Assembly: GCF_018350175.1 (NCBI RefSeq)
Contig: NC_058368.1
Coordinates: 79,734,001-79,798,000 of the forward strand
Length of the DNA stretch: 64,000 nt
Direction of reading: 5' to 3'
From: Felis catus
Taxonomy: Eukaryota
Under the pieces are notes generated by a model. The model worked only from the letters and a program-made list of their open reading frames with translations, was not told the DNA's origin and made no database searches. Below are positions 24,095-36,689 of the stretch, piece after piece. Both the position numbers and the translations under genes were made by a program. Every line of letters begins with the position of its first letter. The first letter of the stretch is position 1.

Positions 24095-25775
24095 AAGAAA
24101 TAGAAATAGACAAGGCCAGTATGGCCGGCCCATGTTCTCAATTGTGCCATGGTCGGCCATCACTCACTCCGTGAGTACACAGTGGCGGTCACCCAAGGCT
24201 GGAGTTGGCTGGGCGAAGGAGGCCAAGGAGGAGACATCGGAAAGTCTCAGAAATCAGTGCATTTATGTGATCTCAGGCGCTTGGCAGACTTGTTTCTGCT
24301 CGGTGCCCTGCTCTCATTCTCCGTTATCCTAGAGTCATCCCACCTGTGGGAGGTGGGTGGGACTGACGCCCTCCCTCTAAGCCCTGCCAAAGCTACTGCC
24401 CATGAACAGCATCCAAACAGGCACCCGCTCTACATTACCTGGGATATGTACCTGTTGTGTACCAGCGAAAGAGATGACCAGTTTAGCTACGGTAAGCCAC
24501 CTGTCTCCTGGAAGAAAATACGCACTAGGACGCTTACACTATGGTATGTTGCCGAGGAGAAAGGGAAGCATGACAGCTCAGAGAAATGGATTCAGCTCAG
24601 TTTGGGGGGGTGGGTTGTGATGAGGCCAGGAGAGCACGTCTCCAGATGGCCAGGCGAAGCAGCACTGGAAATAATGCCAGTAACTAGGCAGGAAGAGAAG
24701 GGATGATTCAGCCAGCTTCCTTCACCTCGAGGTTTTGATGAGCTCCATCCCCAACCCCACCATGTCCCAAAGCTGCTCAAAAAAATGCAACCAAATGGAA
24801 ATACTGCTTGAGCATGGCAGGAGCCAAGGTCTAAGACTGACAATGTTTTTGAAAAGTCAGCACTGCTTTTCTAAATTATCTCTTTTATCCTCATGTATGT
24901 TCATTTGCAAGTAATTAAATGCACCCACACCATAGCAACTCATGGAATAGTAATGTCACTGACAAGGAAAGTAATAAACAGGAGGAAATTAAAAGAACCC
25001 AAATAAGGCCCAGGGAAAAAAAAAAAAAAAGATCTAACAGATTTAATCAGGAGAAATAGAATATTCTCTGGGCCCTGTTACAAAGACCCCCAGTGCCAAA
25101 AAAGCGTGGCAGAAATGGGACAATTAAAATGGATGTGGGAAGGGGTGACAGATACACAGGATGAGGCAGGGACATATCTGTACAGCACGAGTAGCCCCAG
25201 CAGAATTCAAATGAGACATTCAAACCTAAAACAAGAGATGTGCCAAATGCAGAGTGGAGCAGGAAAAAAAATGGAGTAATTAAATCTGCCCGCTGCTGTG
25301 GTGCCAGGAAACCCACGTCTCCCCGGCAGAAGCCGGGACATCCAGGCATCTTATTTTAGTTCCTCACGTGCGCCTGTCTTCTGCCGGCACACATATCTGC
25401 TGCCGAGTTAGGATTCTGAAGACGTGACGAGCCATTGGCAGTGATTATTCCCCTCGTAGACACGCACACGCATCTCGCCTTACCGAGCAGACAGGACTGA
25501 TCATTCATGGAAGGCAGGAAGGGATTAGGCAATTTGACTTCCCTATTAGAATACTTCTCGTGCTCCCTGGTAGATGGGTTCTTGACAAATTGCTCATGGC
25601 AGGAAGCATTTAGCAACATCATGAATGTCTGTGTCTAGTGAGTAACCTTATCCTGGAGATATTTGCTAGAGCATGTTATAGACAGCTTCATGATCAATAC
25701 CTTAATCCACGCTGGGAAAAGAAGGATGTTGGGGTGGGGGGGGAGGGGTGGTTCCTTCTTCAAATACACACACCA

Positions 25776-25996
25776 GGGGTGCCTGGGTGGCTCAGTCGGT
25801 TGAGTGTCCGGCCCCTGACTTCCACTCAGGTCATGATCACATGGTTCGTGAGACCTAGCCCCGCATCGGGCTCTGCTCTGACAGTGTGGAGCCTGCTTGG
25901 GATTCTTCCTCTCCCTCTCTCTCTCTTGACCTCTCCCCTGCTTGCTCATGTTTTCTCTCTCTCCCTCTCTCTCAAAAAAATAAAAAAATAAAAAAT
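25776..25996 (+). mobile_element. CAN-SINE
   Basis: Full SINE; TSD aaatacacMcacca. Confidence 0.96.
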
Positions 25997-26254
25997 AAAT
26001 ACACCCACCAAATGGTGGCCACATTAATGGAGTTACTACTCTGTGCTGGATCTTCACTTACGTTTTTCATTCATTTATAAATAAATATTGATGCAATGTC
26101 TACTCTCACCGATCACTGAAGGGAGCCAGGGATAGATGAGCAGGGTCCCTGTCCTCACTGAGCTCCAAGTCTAGTCGGTTGGTCAGTCTGCCAAAGAGTC
26201 CTGTTCTTTCAACTATGCATCCCCATTGCCTATGTGCACAGAAGGCAGCAACAT

Positions 26255-26447
26255 GCAACACAGCCTCCACCTTGGTGGAAACGTTCTACAATTCTGTAGT
26301 GTCCAACATGGTAGCCATCAGTGGCGCATGGCTATCGAGCACTTGAAATGTGGCTAGTGCAGCCGGGAAATTAACTTTTTTGCTTTATTTCCTTTTAAAT
26401 TTAATTTAAATGTACATGGCTGGTAGCTACTCGATCAAATGGTGCGG
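26255..26447. mobile_element. MER3-like hAT-Charlie DNA element
   Basis: tgtccaacatggtagcca...tggctatcgagcacttgaaatgtggctagtg...catggctggtagctac. Confidence 0.8.
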
Positions 26448-26710
26448 AAGACGGACTATAGACCAAAGATACTCTGCCCACAAATCGTAATGTGAAAGGC
26501 AAGGACATTCGTAAGATGGGAAGCTGGCAGGAGCTGGAGGTTCCAAGCGTCGCAGGTGATCTGGTGGGCTCACCTGGCCCACAGCATGGTCACTGCACCT
26601 GCCATTTCCCACTGCAAAACCGGGATCATACTCTCCTGAGATCAGGTCATCATGGGACTGTTTTCAACGTCTCAGGTCTTTGAATCCATAAGCACCAACT
26701 TCATTTTATT

Positions 26711-26925
26711 ATTTTTTTAATTTTTTTTTTTTTTAATTTTTGAGAGAGAGAGACAGAGTGCGAGCCGGAGAGGGGCAGAGAGAGAGGGAGACACAGAATC
26801 CGAAGCAGGCTCCAGGCTCCGAGCTGTCAGCACAGAGCCCGACTCGGGGCTGGAACCCACGAACCGTAAGATCATGACCTGAGCCGAAGTCAGACACCCA
26901 GCCGACCGAGCCACCCAGGCGTCCC
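26711..26925 (-). mobile_element. CAN-SINE
   Basis: Reverse-complement SINE; TSD aacttcattttatt. Confidence 0.97.
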
Positions 26926-26944
26926 AACTTCATTTTATTTTTAA

Positions 26945-27590
26945 GGTATATATTTACTTTTTCATAAGTAGTCGCTGTTCATTATAGAAAGCATAGAATA
27001 TACAGAAAAGGAAAATACAAAGCGCCCATAATCCCATTGTCTTGTCTCAACCTCCTACAGCATCTTGAAGATGTCTTTGTGCCACCTTCCTAAGGTACGA
27101 GTCCCTGCTGACACGCTCATGCTGTCACCTCCTCTTTTTTCACATTCTGAAAATTAGATTACTCTCAACATGCTCTACTCGGTCCTGTTTTTCCCGCTTA
27201 TAACCTCAGGGTGAATATACAATTAAAAATTGTATATTATTTAAATATACAATTATTGTAAATACTTTTCCTGCTTTTCAAAATTTATCTGGGAACATAC
27301 ACCTATTTGAAATTCTCGCATAACGTTCTCTTCTCTGGAGAGTGCCTTCATTTATTTACTCAGTTGTCTACTTGGGGAAAGTTGAGTCATTTCTCATATT
27401 TTGCTCTCACAATTCGTGGTGTAATACCTTCTATGTACATAAGCACTTGACTGTTTCCTTTTGAAGAAGCTCTTCAAATAAATTTGGTGGGTGAAAAAGG
27501 CGTACACATTTTTAAGACTTCTGATCCCTATCCCTAAATTGTCCTCTTAAAAAAAAAAGCATCCACCTATGCTCAGCTATAGAGAGCTAA
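26945..27590 (-). mobile_element. Decayed L1M (ME/MC-like) 3' region
   Basis: gttgagtcatttctcatattttgctctcacaa...gggtgaaaaaggcgtacacatttttaagacttctgat...aaattgtcctc. Confidence 0.5.
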
Positions 27591-27812
27591 TCCGAGGTGT
27601 TCCCCACATTGTGTGGGCACGTCTTTCTGGAACTCCCCTGTGTCCCTGCTCTGACACTTACGGTCAACTGGAACAAATCCCACAGCGAGACAGCTAGCAC
27701 ATGTCCCCAAAGTTGTGTCTTATTACAATAGCGCCCCGACTCAAATTACAAAATCTAGATGGTAGTAACTATCACTTAATGAACACTGACCCTGTGTGAG
27801 ATTCTATTCTAA

Positions 27813-28183
27813 ATGGGACTGGATTGTGTTTTCTTGAAATCTGTATGTTGAAGCCCTAATCCCCTGTGGGGCTGTATTTGGAGATGTTGGAGAGGGGGGC
27901 CTTTAGGAAGTAATTAAGGTTAAGTGAGGTCATAAAGGTGGGGCCCTGACTCAAGAGGATTCATGTCCTTATGAGAGGAGACGCCACAACACGCACACAC
28001 TCTCTCTCTGCCATGTAAGGATGCAGTGAGAAGGTGGCCATCCACACACCGGAAGAGAGATCTTTCCAGAACCAGATTGATCAGTACCCTGATCTGCTAC
28101 TTTGAGCCTCTAGGACTTTAGTTTCTGTTGTCAGAGCCCCTAGTTTGTGGTATATCGCCATGGTAGCCAGAGCAGACTCAGGC
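27813..28183 (+). mobile_element. MLT1A-like solo LTR inserted within a MIR
   Basis: tatgttgaagccctaatccc...gtatttggagat...taattaaggttaagtgaggtcataaaggtggggccct...tttgtggtat..catggtagccagagcagact. Confidence 0.85.
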
Positions 28184-28189
28184 ATGCCT

Positions 28190-28375
28190 CCTTCACCCTC
28201 AAAGCAATCTCAAAATGTAGGTATTTTAACCTCCATATGACAGATGGGAAAATGAGGAAGAGAGAGGTTACGTGACTTATTCAAGTCCTCACACAACTAG
28301 GTCATAGCAGAGATGGGATCTGAACCCAGACAAATGGACTCTGGAACCCACACTCTTCAATTCCATGTTGTACGT
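28190..28375 (-). mobile_element. MIR (remainder; its other part lies at about 27760-27812)
   Basis: acagatgggaaaatgagg...agaggttacgtgactt...gggatctgaacccag. Confidence 0.75.
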
Positions 28376-30325
28376 CCTGCCTTGCCTCTCTAGAAGCAAC
28401 CTGTCTGGTCAAGATTAAAGATGAGCGTCTCTCCTTGGTCTAGAGTTAATATCTTTATTAATGCAGCTTAAGTTACATTAGCTCTGTTGGCAACCACAGC
28501 GCATTATTAATATACTTAGTATTTAGCTTGCTTAAACCTCTAAGTTCTATTTTACATAAGCTTTGGTTAAGCCATGATTTCCCCATACCTGAAACGCAAT
28601 CAGGATTTTTGTTAGCAAATGCACTTATCACGATTGAATTTTATCCAATTATAGCATTGCCTACATTTCAACACATTGAGATCTTTAGAGGTCCTGGTTC
28701 AAACCATCCCCCTCCCCGGAGCTCTGTGCTATTCATAAATTAAATGCGTTTGCTTTAGGTAGAGGAAGTATGCCTTATAACCCATGAAATGCTCTGCATT
28801 TTTGTCATTGTTATTAAATATTTCCATCTGAGTCATTGATTAACGTTTCTAACTCAGGGCCAACAAGGGAACCTTGGAATTGGAAACTGAAAACTTCCTT
28901 CTCCATGAACGTTTTTGCAACTTTTAAAACCCATGCTCCCCTTTGTTAAATATTACAATTTTGTGCACCCACCTTTTTTTTATTAAAGTAAAAGAGAGTC
29001 AGCACTATAGTTGAATAAAAGCATCCTTTTCTTTAAAAGAGAAAGCTCTTGGTATGTATAGGATGTAGGATAAATTGTACCATACTTGCACAATGCACAT
29101 GACATAAAACAAAGATTTTATTGCCGTCGCTTTCTATTTTTGCATCATGAAAACAGTATGTACATGTTTTGGTTTCCAAATATAAATACTGCACGCACCG
29201 CCTCCTCCCGAGATGCCGATGTTTCAGCTTAAATGGGGAGTTTCCACCCTTTCTGCCTCCAGGGCCCTTCCCCCACTACATCCCTCTGCAAGGAGAGCCC
29301 CTTGGGCCAGAAAAGCACCTGTAGACTAAATATCAGCAGCCCCTGCGATGTGCCCTCCACAGTAACACTGAGTGTTACCACCATCCCCTCCAGATGCCCA
29401 GGACAGAACACGGCTCTGGAGGGTGCAGAGCAAGCCAGGCGATGTGGGACAGTGACATACCAGGCCTGGACACGCTCTGGTAACAGTGGGTTGCTTCTGC
29501 TGCTCCATGCTCCACACGCTCTCCCTTTTTCTTCCAGAACCTACCTCCGGAGAAAACATGGGCAGCCACGTAGGCATAAAGCACAGTCAGGCCACCTCAT
29601 GTACCTGGACTGGCACACGTGGAATGCACGAAGGATTCCTTGGGGTGTGCCCAGCCCTGCCCAGGGCTGCTACTGTTGTGGCCCAACTTTGGGGTCATTC
29701 TCCTTCCTTGCTGTCCTCCAGTTTTCTGAGGAAGCAGAATGCTATCATCTCTGAGCCCTAAGTCCGCCATTTTTCCTTCCACTGCCCTCAGCAATTGCAC
29801 TGCAGCAGATTCCCAGGGTCTGTCCCCAAGCTTTTCTGCCAAGTCTCTCTCTGCTGGCACCAGGACCTGACCTGGAGCCTGTGCTGAGCCTCTGAATGAT
29901 GCATTCGCTTCAGTGCAACTCTTCTTACTCTCTCTCTCTAAGCCTTGAGCCAACGTTGGGTTTCTGGCTGACCAATCTCTACCACAGCCCCCAGTAAGAC
30001 AGCCCACGTGCACCAGGCCGAGGGGAGACGTAAGCGTTCATCCAACACCAAGTCTGTCCAGGAACGTACATCAACTGTGGCAAGAGGGGCCACATCTGCC
30101 CCCTATGCAAATGCACGTGGCATGTCTGTGACTCCTGACAGGCTAGAAGCAGTTTTAGGAAACAGAGAGGAGGCAGTTACACACTTCCCTTCCTGGTGTA
30201 GACTACTGGTTTCAAAGGCCACCTTAGTGAGCCCTCGACAAGCACCCCACACCTGTGACCGCACAAGGGTTTCCCAGATGATTCCCACCCTCTGTTTGTT
30301 TATTAGCCTTTTACTCTTGTCGACC

Positions 30326-30660
30326 ATTAGGGGTTGAATTGTGTCCTCTTTAAATTCAAGTGTTGAAATCTGAACTCCCAGGACCTCAGAATGTGACCGT
30401 ATTTGGAGAGAGAGTTTCCAGAGGTGGTCAAGTTAAAATGAGGTCATTAGGCCCTAGTCCAATATGACGGATCCTTATAAGGATAGGAAATGTCAACACA
30501 GGTTGAGCCACAAGGAAGATGCCATGAAGACAGCCATCTAGAAGCCAAGCAGAGAGGCCCGGACCAGCTCCTTCCCTGTGGCCCTCAGCAGGAAGCAGTG
30601 CCCACTGCTGGCAATCTCCACGGTGTGGACGTGTGTGCATCTGATCACTGCTGTGTGTGG
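30326..30660 (+). mobile_element. MLT1B/C-like solo LTR
   Basis: gggttgaattgtgtcctc...acctcagaatgtgaccgtatttgga...aagttaaaatgaggtcattagg...ccaatatgac. Confidence 0.85.
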
Positions 30661-30699
30661 AGGCCTAGACTTGTGTGCCTACATTCTCCTCAAGCTTTT

Positions 30700-30875
30700 G
30701 CACGTCCTTTGCATTTTTATAATTCATATTTTTTTAGGTGGTTATTGACTGACAACTGCGGTTGTAATTCCAAATTACACACCAGAGCTGAGTAGTTGTA
30801 ATAGAGACCATATGGTTCATGAAGCCAAAAGTATGTCCTATTTGGCCTTTTCCAGGAGCATTTGCTGCCACCTGT
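30700..30875. mobile_element. MER58-like hAT-Charlie fragment (possible MER5-like remnant follows at about 30885-31035)
   Basis: gagctgagtagttgtaatagagaccatatgg...aagccaaaagtatgtcctatttggccttttccagga. Confidence 0.7.
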
Positions 30876-31265
30876 TTTAGAGGAAGCAGTGATCCTCAAT
30901 CCCACCTGAGCAGCAGAACCCCTAGGAGCTTCCGGCTCTCAGACCTACAGAAATCCTCCCTCCAGAGAACTGGAGAACTTTAAAATTTCCTTGAGCAGTT
31001 CCCTACCAGTCTATCCTGCACGTGGGAACCCTGAAATAGGGGAGATCCCCAAGGCCACCCCAGCCCTTCGCTAACTTGTCTGCCACTTTGGGCAGGTCCT
31101 CTCCTCTGTCCACACTTCTGTCTTCTCATCGGTGACCTGAGCGTCTCTGAGGCCCCTTGGGCCACATGCGTGAGCCTGTGTCATGTTCGTCACCTCAGAC
31201 TATTTCATGGTGCCCCCAAGGGGCACATTTGCTGCCTGTTAGCAATGTAAGGGTGATCTGGGGAC

Positions 31266-31660
31266 TGCTGTGGGCCAAACTGTGCCCCCCCCCAAATTCA
31301 TGGGCTGATGTCTTTACCCCCAGCACCTCAGACTGTGGCTGCACTTGGAGGTAGGGCCTATGAAAAGTCAGTTAAGGTAAAATGAGATCGTTAGTGTGAG
31401 CCTTAATCCAATATGATTGTGTCCTAGTAAGAAGAGATTAGGACACAGACACGCACAGAGGGATGACCACCGGAAGACACACAGAGGAGACAGCCATCTA
31501 TAAACCCAGGACAGAGACCTCAGAAGGACCCAATCCTGCCCACGCCTGGACCTCAGACTTCCTCCACCAGAACTGTGACTGGTAAATCCCTGTTGCTTAA
31601 GCCCCTCTCAGTCCTCTCAGTCTCTGGTACTTGCCGTTGGTGGCCCAGAAAACTATTGCA
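31266..31660 (+). mobile_element. MLT1A0-like solo LTR
   Basis: tgtgggccaaactgtgcccccc..aaattcat...ccttaatccaatatga...aagaagagattaggacacagac...ggacctcagacttcc.ccaccagaactgtga. Confidence 0.87.
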
Positions 31661-31799
31661 TTGGTCCTGTGTGGCCATGTTTTATCTGACTGGTGTGGCC
31701 CAACAGTACAAATGATTTTCTGCACAGTTTTTTACCTTCGTGTCCCACGGGCTCACGCTAGCAACGGCAACAGGTGAACGCAAGCCTTGTTGTCACCTC

Positions 31800-31880
31800 A
31801 GGACCTTTGATTATGACCTGAACAACTGAACTTCTTGGTCAAAGTGCCCAGGCAGGCGCCACCTCCTTCCTATAAAGGAG
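31800..31880 (+). promoter_or_regulatory. Candidate promoter/enhancer: nuclear-receptor half-site cluster plus TATA/CArG box
   Basis: GGACCTTTG, TGACCT, TGAACT and GGTCAAAGTGCC within 50 bp, then CCTATAAAGG at 31869-31878. Confidence 0.35.
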
Positions 31881-32434
31881 CGGGTGCTTCCTTGCACCTT
31901 CTATGGCCCCTCCTGTCGATCTCAGCAGGAATCCACTCATAAGCAGAAGAAGCTGCATGGTGGCTCTTCACCGACAGGCTGGCTACCGATCCTTTTACTC
32001 TTGCTGCAACACCAAGAGAGTGCGCAAGAATAGATAGGGTTCAGTGAAAACCGAGGCTAACTCAGGATATTCTATGATACGAAGCCGTATAAAATTATCA
32101 TCCTACCCTGATAACATTAGTACGAGCATGTAATGTGCCGGGGAATAAAATTATTTTGTACAGAATTTCAAAATAAACATTTGCTAAGTTATTAAATTAC
32201 TTCGCTTCAAGGAAGGACTGACCGAGTCGTTAGCAATTCCTGGGTGACAGCGAGTTTAGATAATCCACATTCTTCCACGTCTTGATAGGGCGTATTCCTC
32301 GTTCATGCAAACAAGGATGACAGTCAGCTTTAGAATTCTTTTGAAATTTTATGCAAAAAATGTGATTTATATTACATTGTAGAGACTAGCTTATTTTTCT
32401 TTATACCAGGCCCATTAAAGTTTGGTTTCCTTTC

Positions 32435-32657
32435 GGGACACCTGGGTGGCTCAGTCGGTTGAGCGTCCGACTTCGGCTCAGGTCATGGTCTTGCAGTTTG
32501 TGAATTTGGGCCCCGCGTCAGGCTCTGTGCTAACAAACAGCTCAGAGCCTGGAGCCTCCTTCGGATTCTGTATCTATCTCTCTGTCCCCCTCCCCTGCTC
32601 ATGCTCTGCCTCTCTGTCTCTCAAAAATAAATAAATGTTAAAAAAAAATTTTTTTTT
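32435..32657 (+). mobile_element. CAN-SINE
   Basis: Full SINE; TSD aagtttggtttcct. Confidence 0.97.
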
Positions 32658-32787
32658 AAGTTTGGTTTCCTCTCTTTTTCATTTTGCTTTTTAATTCAAT
32701 TTTTTTTTTAATTTACTTGCCTTTGCTGGAGGAAGGAGGTAGAGAATTGGAAATTTGAGTTTCTGTGGGGCAAAACGGGAACACCCT

Positions 32788-32992
32788 GGGTCGCCTGGGT
32801 GGCTCAGTCAGTTGAGCGTCCAACTTCGGCTCAGGTCATGATCTCGCAGTTCATGAGTTCAAGCCCCGCATCTGGCTCTGTGCTGACAGCTCGGAGCCTG
32901 GAGCCTGCTTCGGATTCTGTCTCCCTTGTTCTCTGCCCCTCCGCTGCTCATGCTCTCTCTCTCTCAAGAATAAATAAAACATTTAAAAAAAA
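32788..32992 (+). mobile_element. CAN-SINE
   Basis: Full SINE head, body and tail. Confidence 0.96.
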
Positions 32993-33291
32993 TCCTTTTT
33001 TAATGAGACTACCTAAAACTAAAATAATCAGAAAAGCTTAACGTAAATGTGGGGCTGAAGTTCAGTTTCAATTCGAAGATGTGGCGAGATAGGTGTTGCC
33101 CTCACCCTCCCAGGAGAGAAAGTGCAACAAACTTAAAAGTCGAGACTTCTCCTGAAACATTCAGAGAACTGGGGTTACAGGACAAACAACTAACCTGGAC
33201 TTGAGAGAGAGAACTGGCATCGGGGTGAAGAAGTAAGAACTGAGCATTTGCTTACCTGGGGCAGAGATGCTGCTGGGCCCATATGAACCAC

Positions 33292-33575
33292 TGCTGTGGA
33301 CCGAATGGCGTCCCGCAAATTCATATACTAAAACCCTCAGCCCAACATGATGGCTTTTGGAGATGAGGGCCCTTGGGAGGTAATTTGGTTTAGTGAGGGC
33401 CCAAGGGTGGGGTCCTCTTGGTGCGGTTAGTGCCCTTCTAAGAAGAGACACCACAGAGCTTGCTCTCTCTTCCTATCCTGTGAGGATACAGCGACAAGGC
33501 AGCCATTTGCAAGGGAGGGAGAGGCCCAACCATGCCAACACCTTGATCTCAGACCTCCAGCCTCTAGAACTGTGA
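33292..33575 (+). mobile_element. MLT1A-like LTR, 3'-truncated
   Basis: aaattcatatactaaaaccct...gggaggtaattt...ttagtgcccttctaagaagagac...caccttgatctcagacctccagcctctagaactgtga. Confidence 0.85.
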
Positions 33576-33732
33576 TTTTCAGCAGGTACAAAAGTATGGC
33601 CCATCACTGTGAAGAAATAATGTCCAGTCCCTATCCCAAATAGTATCAAGCATTTACTGAACATTTTAGTGAATGAGCTGGCTGGGATAGGAGTATCTTG
33701 TTTTCTAATGTCATCAAGAATAGTTCATGACT

Positions 33733-33889
33733 GGGGAGCCAGGGTGGTTCAGTCAGTTACGTGTCCAACTGTGGCTCAGGTCACAATCTCACGGTTTGTG
33801 GGTTCGAGCCCTGTGTCGGGCTCTGAGCTGACAGCTCGAAGCCTGGAGCCTGCTTCAGATTCTGCGTCTTCCTCTCTCACTCTGCCCCT

Positions 33890-33934
<45 letters not shown>

Positions 33935-33962
33935 AAAAATAAATAAATGTTAAAAAAAAAAA
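33733..33962 (+). mobile_element. CAN-SINE
   Basis: Full SINE; TSD aagaRtagttcatg. Confidence 0.96.
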
Positions 33963-35184
33963 AAGAGTAGTTCATGGCATGTCACCTCCAGAGTTCACTT
34001 CATGATGCCACTGTAGTTGAAGCAGATTTCCGGGGCTGGATAACCCTAGAACGACCCATCAGCCTCAAACATTCTGCAACCCAGCGGAAGATCTGGTTAC
34101 GTTAATCCCAGATTTGATGCCTCACTGCCTGAGAGCACTATGAGGTCTTCACACGTGGGAAACAATGGAGATGTCCCCAGTGGTGACCATCCATGAGGAA
34201 TCTGAAATCAGTTTCTGCCCACCTTCCCCAATTAATGGGATTTCAAGATTAAATTCGGTCACCATTGTCTGCGGGTCCAAGCATTGTGGACTTACTTATT
34301 GTTTCAGCCTTCCCAACAGATGTCATTTTTATATTTAACACCCATAGGTTCCCATTGTTTGGGCCCACCCCACTGTATTTCAGACTCCCACACCTTGGAA
34401 TGAAATCCGTGGGAGGAGGCCTTGAGCTCTGGCAGGATGTTCAGACCATGTCACTACTTTTCTCTTTTAGCACAAACTACAGAATTGCAGAGCTGAAATA
34501 TTAACATCATTAAAACACTTCATGCCTTGCTAAAAAGTAGTGGAAGTTCTCGGTGGCTCTAAACCCACATTTAGTGCCCATGTTCCCACAAATAGGAAGT
34601 GCTTGGCAAATTGCTAATTTTTGACAGTGTATCTAAATGGTAGGACAGTCCACAGAAGGAAGTGTGCTTCATCCAATAGAAAAAGACCACAGGACACTAA
34701 ATGGAAATCTCTGATCAGCCATGTATGCAAAATCATCCTTAATCAAAAGACGATCAGGGTAGACTTGAGGAAGACCTGAAAATCATTTGATACTATTCTG
34801 CCTCGCGCTGAAGTCACCCCTAAATGATTCACATTGGATGCAATGTTATTGTGCTTTGTGTTTCCAGCGTGGGTGGCATCACCACATCTTGTGCTGGGAC
34901 CACACCCCCCCCCCAAAACCAGATAGTGTGACTACTGGGTCTTGTTGTCGCTGTGTCTCACGGGCTGGCCACGGGCGGGCAACAAGTGTGGACGCCTCCC
35001 TCCCAGTCATTCCCCGTGGGTTCAATGTGTTCGGCAGGAGCTGAGATTCATACGTGTTGTTCTTTGAAACAAAGGCAGGAATTTCTTCCATCAAGTAATC
35101 GCTGAAAATCTACCTGCGCTGAACATCTGCAGGTTATTTTGGGCTGTGTTCCTCCCTCCTGACCTCACTCATACGTCACGTCGT

Positions 35185-35425
35185 CTTTCTCAGGATATAC
35201 TACCACCGCCCTTGTTTCAGTGGAGGAAACTATGACTTAGAAAGTTTATGTAAGTTAATCCAAATCGCAGAGGTATTCACTCAACTTTTTTGAGACTCAG
35301 TTGCCCCTTCTGATTAAAAAGAATTTTGAAGACTAAATACTTCAGAGGAGTTTTATGAAGATTGAATACAATCATGTATCATAGCCCTTCCCACAGTACC
35401 AGACACACAGTGAACTTTCAATAAA
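35185..35425. mobile_element. Two abutting MIR fragments in opposite orientation
   Basis: gaggaaactatgacttagaaag (reverse-complement core), then gagactcagttgccccttctg..aaaa...gaagattgaat...cacagtaccagacacacagt..ttcaataaa. Confidence 0.55.
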
Positions 35426-36632
35426 AGGTGTTCAATAAACCAGAAGGTTTTATTGGCTCGAATATACCAGGGTCCCATATAGGACACATAAAAAGAACTC
35501 AAATATACGTGAAGAAAGTGGAGAAAAGTGTTTTAAGGTTATTGAAGTCTTTAATTACACTACTAGGGAGACTGAGAACTTTCTTTCACAATGCTTCTGA
35601 CAGCAAAAAAGCAAAGTGTTTTTTATCCCTTTTAACCCACAGCGCTCTCTGTAAGGGAATGATGTCTGAGAGCAAATGCTAAATGAGGTAAGAAATCATT
35701 CCGAGTGCCCAGATGGAGAATCGTGGGAATAGGCCAAGAGCTTGTCAAAACTTCAACATGGTTTTAAAAAATCACAAAAATCATGTAGCCACACCGTTTT
35801 TTAAAATAAATTCTGACAATTTCCTTAAATAAGGGCTGTGTCTACAACAGACCTGATTTAAAATATATTTTATGCATTCAATTGTCTAAAATCAACTTCA
35901 TTCTGCACAGACTACCATATTTTTTTCATCGCAAATTATCATAGATAACATTCTTATAAGAGCCCACCCATAATATGTTATTTAAGAAATATTGATGCTT
36001 ACCCAGAGTTTTATCGCTTATATCACTCAGTTCATAGAGGCAAACATTCTAATTTAGGGAAGCAAGCAAGAGCCTAGACTCTGTTTATTCCTTCCACATA
36101 TTTCTTTCTCAAGTATTTATAACCATTAGAAAGAAACACACTTTATATTTGCACATCGACAACCAGGCAGGACACATGGGAAGAAATATTTGTCACAGTT
36201 CTCCAAATACCCTAAGTAGACTCCAAAAAGAAAACAGCTTCTCTAAATACAGTCAAATGACAAATTAACCCAGAACTCAGCTGAGAACAGGATATCTGTT
36301 CTCGCTTTCTCAACACCTCGGCTGAACTGAGATGAACCGAGCTTCCGCACAAAAAGGCTTGGGTTTCCTTTGATGGGGTAACAGCCACGCTCCTTTGGCC
36401 GGAAACTCTCACCTGCTTGCAAAGGCTCCCGGAGAGGCCGGAGTTCTCAGAGACCTGACAGGTCTCCCGGGCAGGTGCCGCCACTCTGGGGAGCAGTCTG
36501 AGGCCAGGACAAAGCGTCTGTCTGTCCAGTGAGCATGTATAAGCATTCCCTACTATTTTGGCAAAAGAAAGGTAAAGATGGCAGTGGTGTGCCATCCAGG
36601 AACCTGTGATCTCCTTCCAGAAGACTCTGGGT

Positions 36633-36689
36633 CCCCAGTGTAATAAAGACCAACGTGATCCTATGCCCCCAGTGTAATAAAGACCAACG
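36633..36689 (+). repeat. Perfect 23-bp direct repeat (period 34)
   Basis: ccccagtgtaataaagaccaacg at 36633-36655 and 36667-36689. Confidence 0.95.

Noticed and set aside
24149..24706. 185-aa plus-strand ORF
   Set aside because: No recognisable homology and no supporting promoter or splice structure; length is compatible with chance at this GC content.
35194..35255. Plus-strand exon-like segment (tctttctcag|...|gtaagt)
   Set aside because: Lies in a MIR core; likely a pseudo-exon.
36633..36689. Direct repeat with spacer read as a CRISPR-like array
   Set aside because: Only two copies, an 11-nt spacer, mammalian context and no cas genes.
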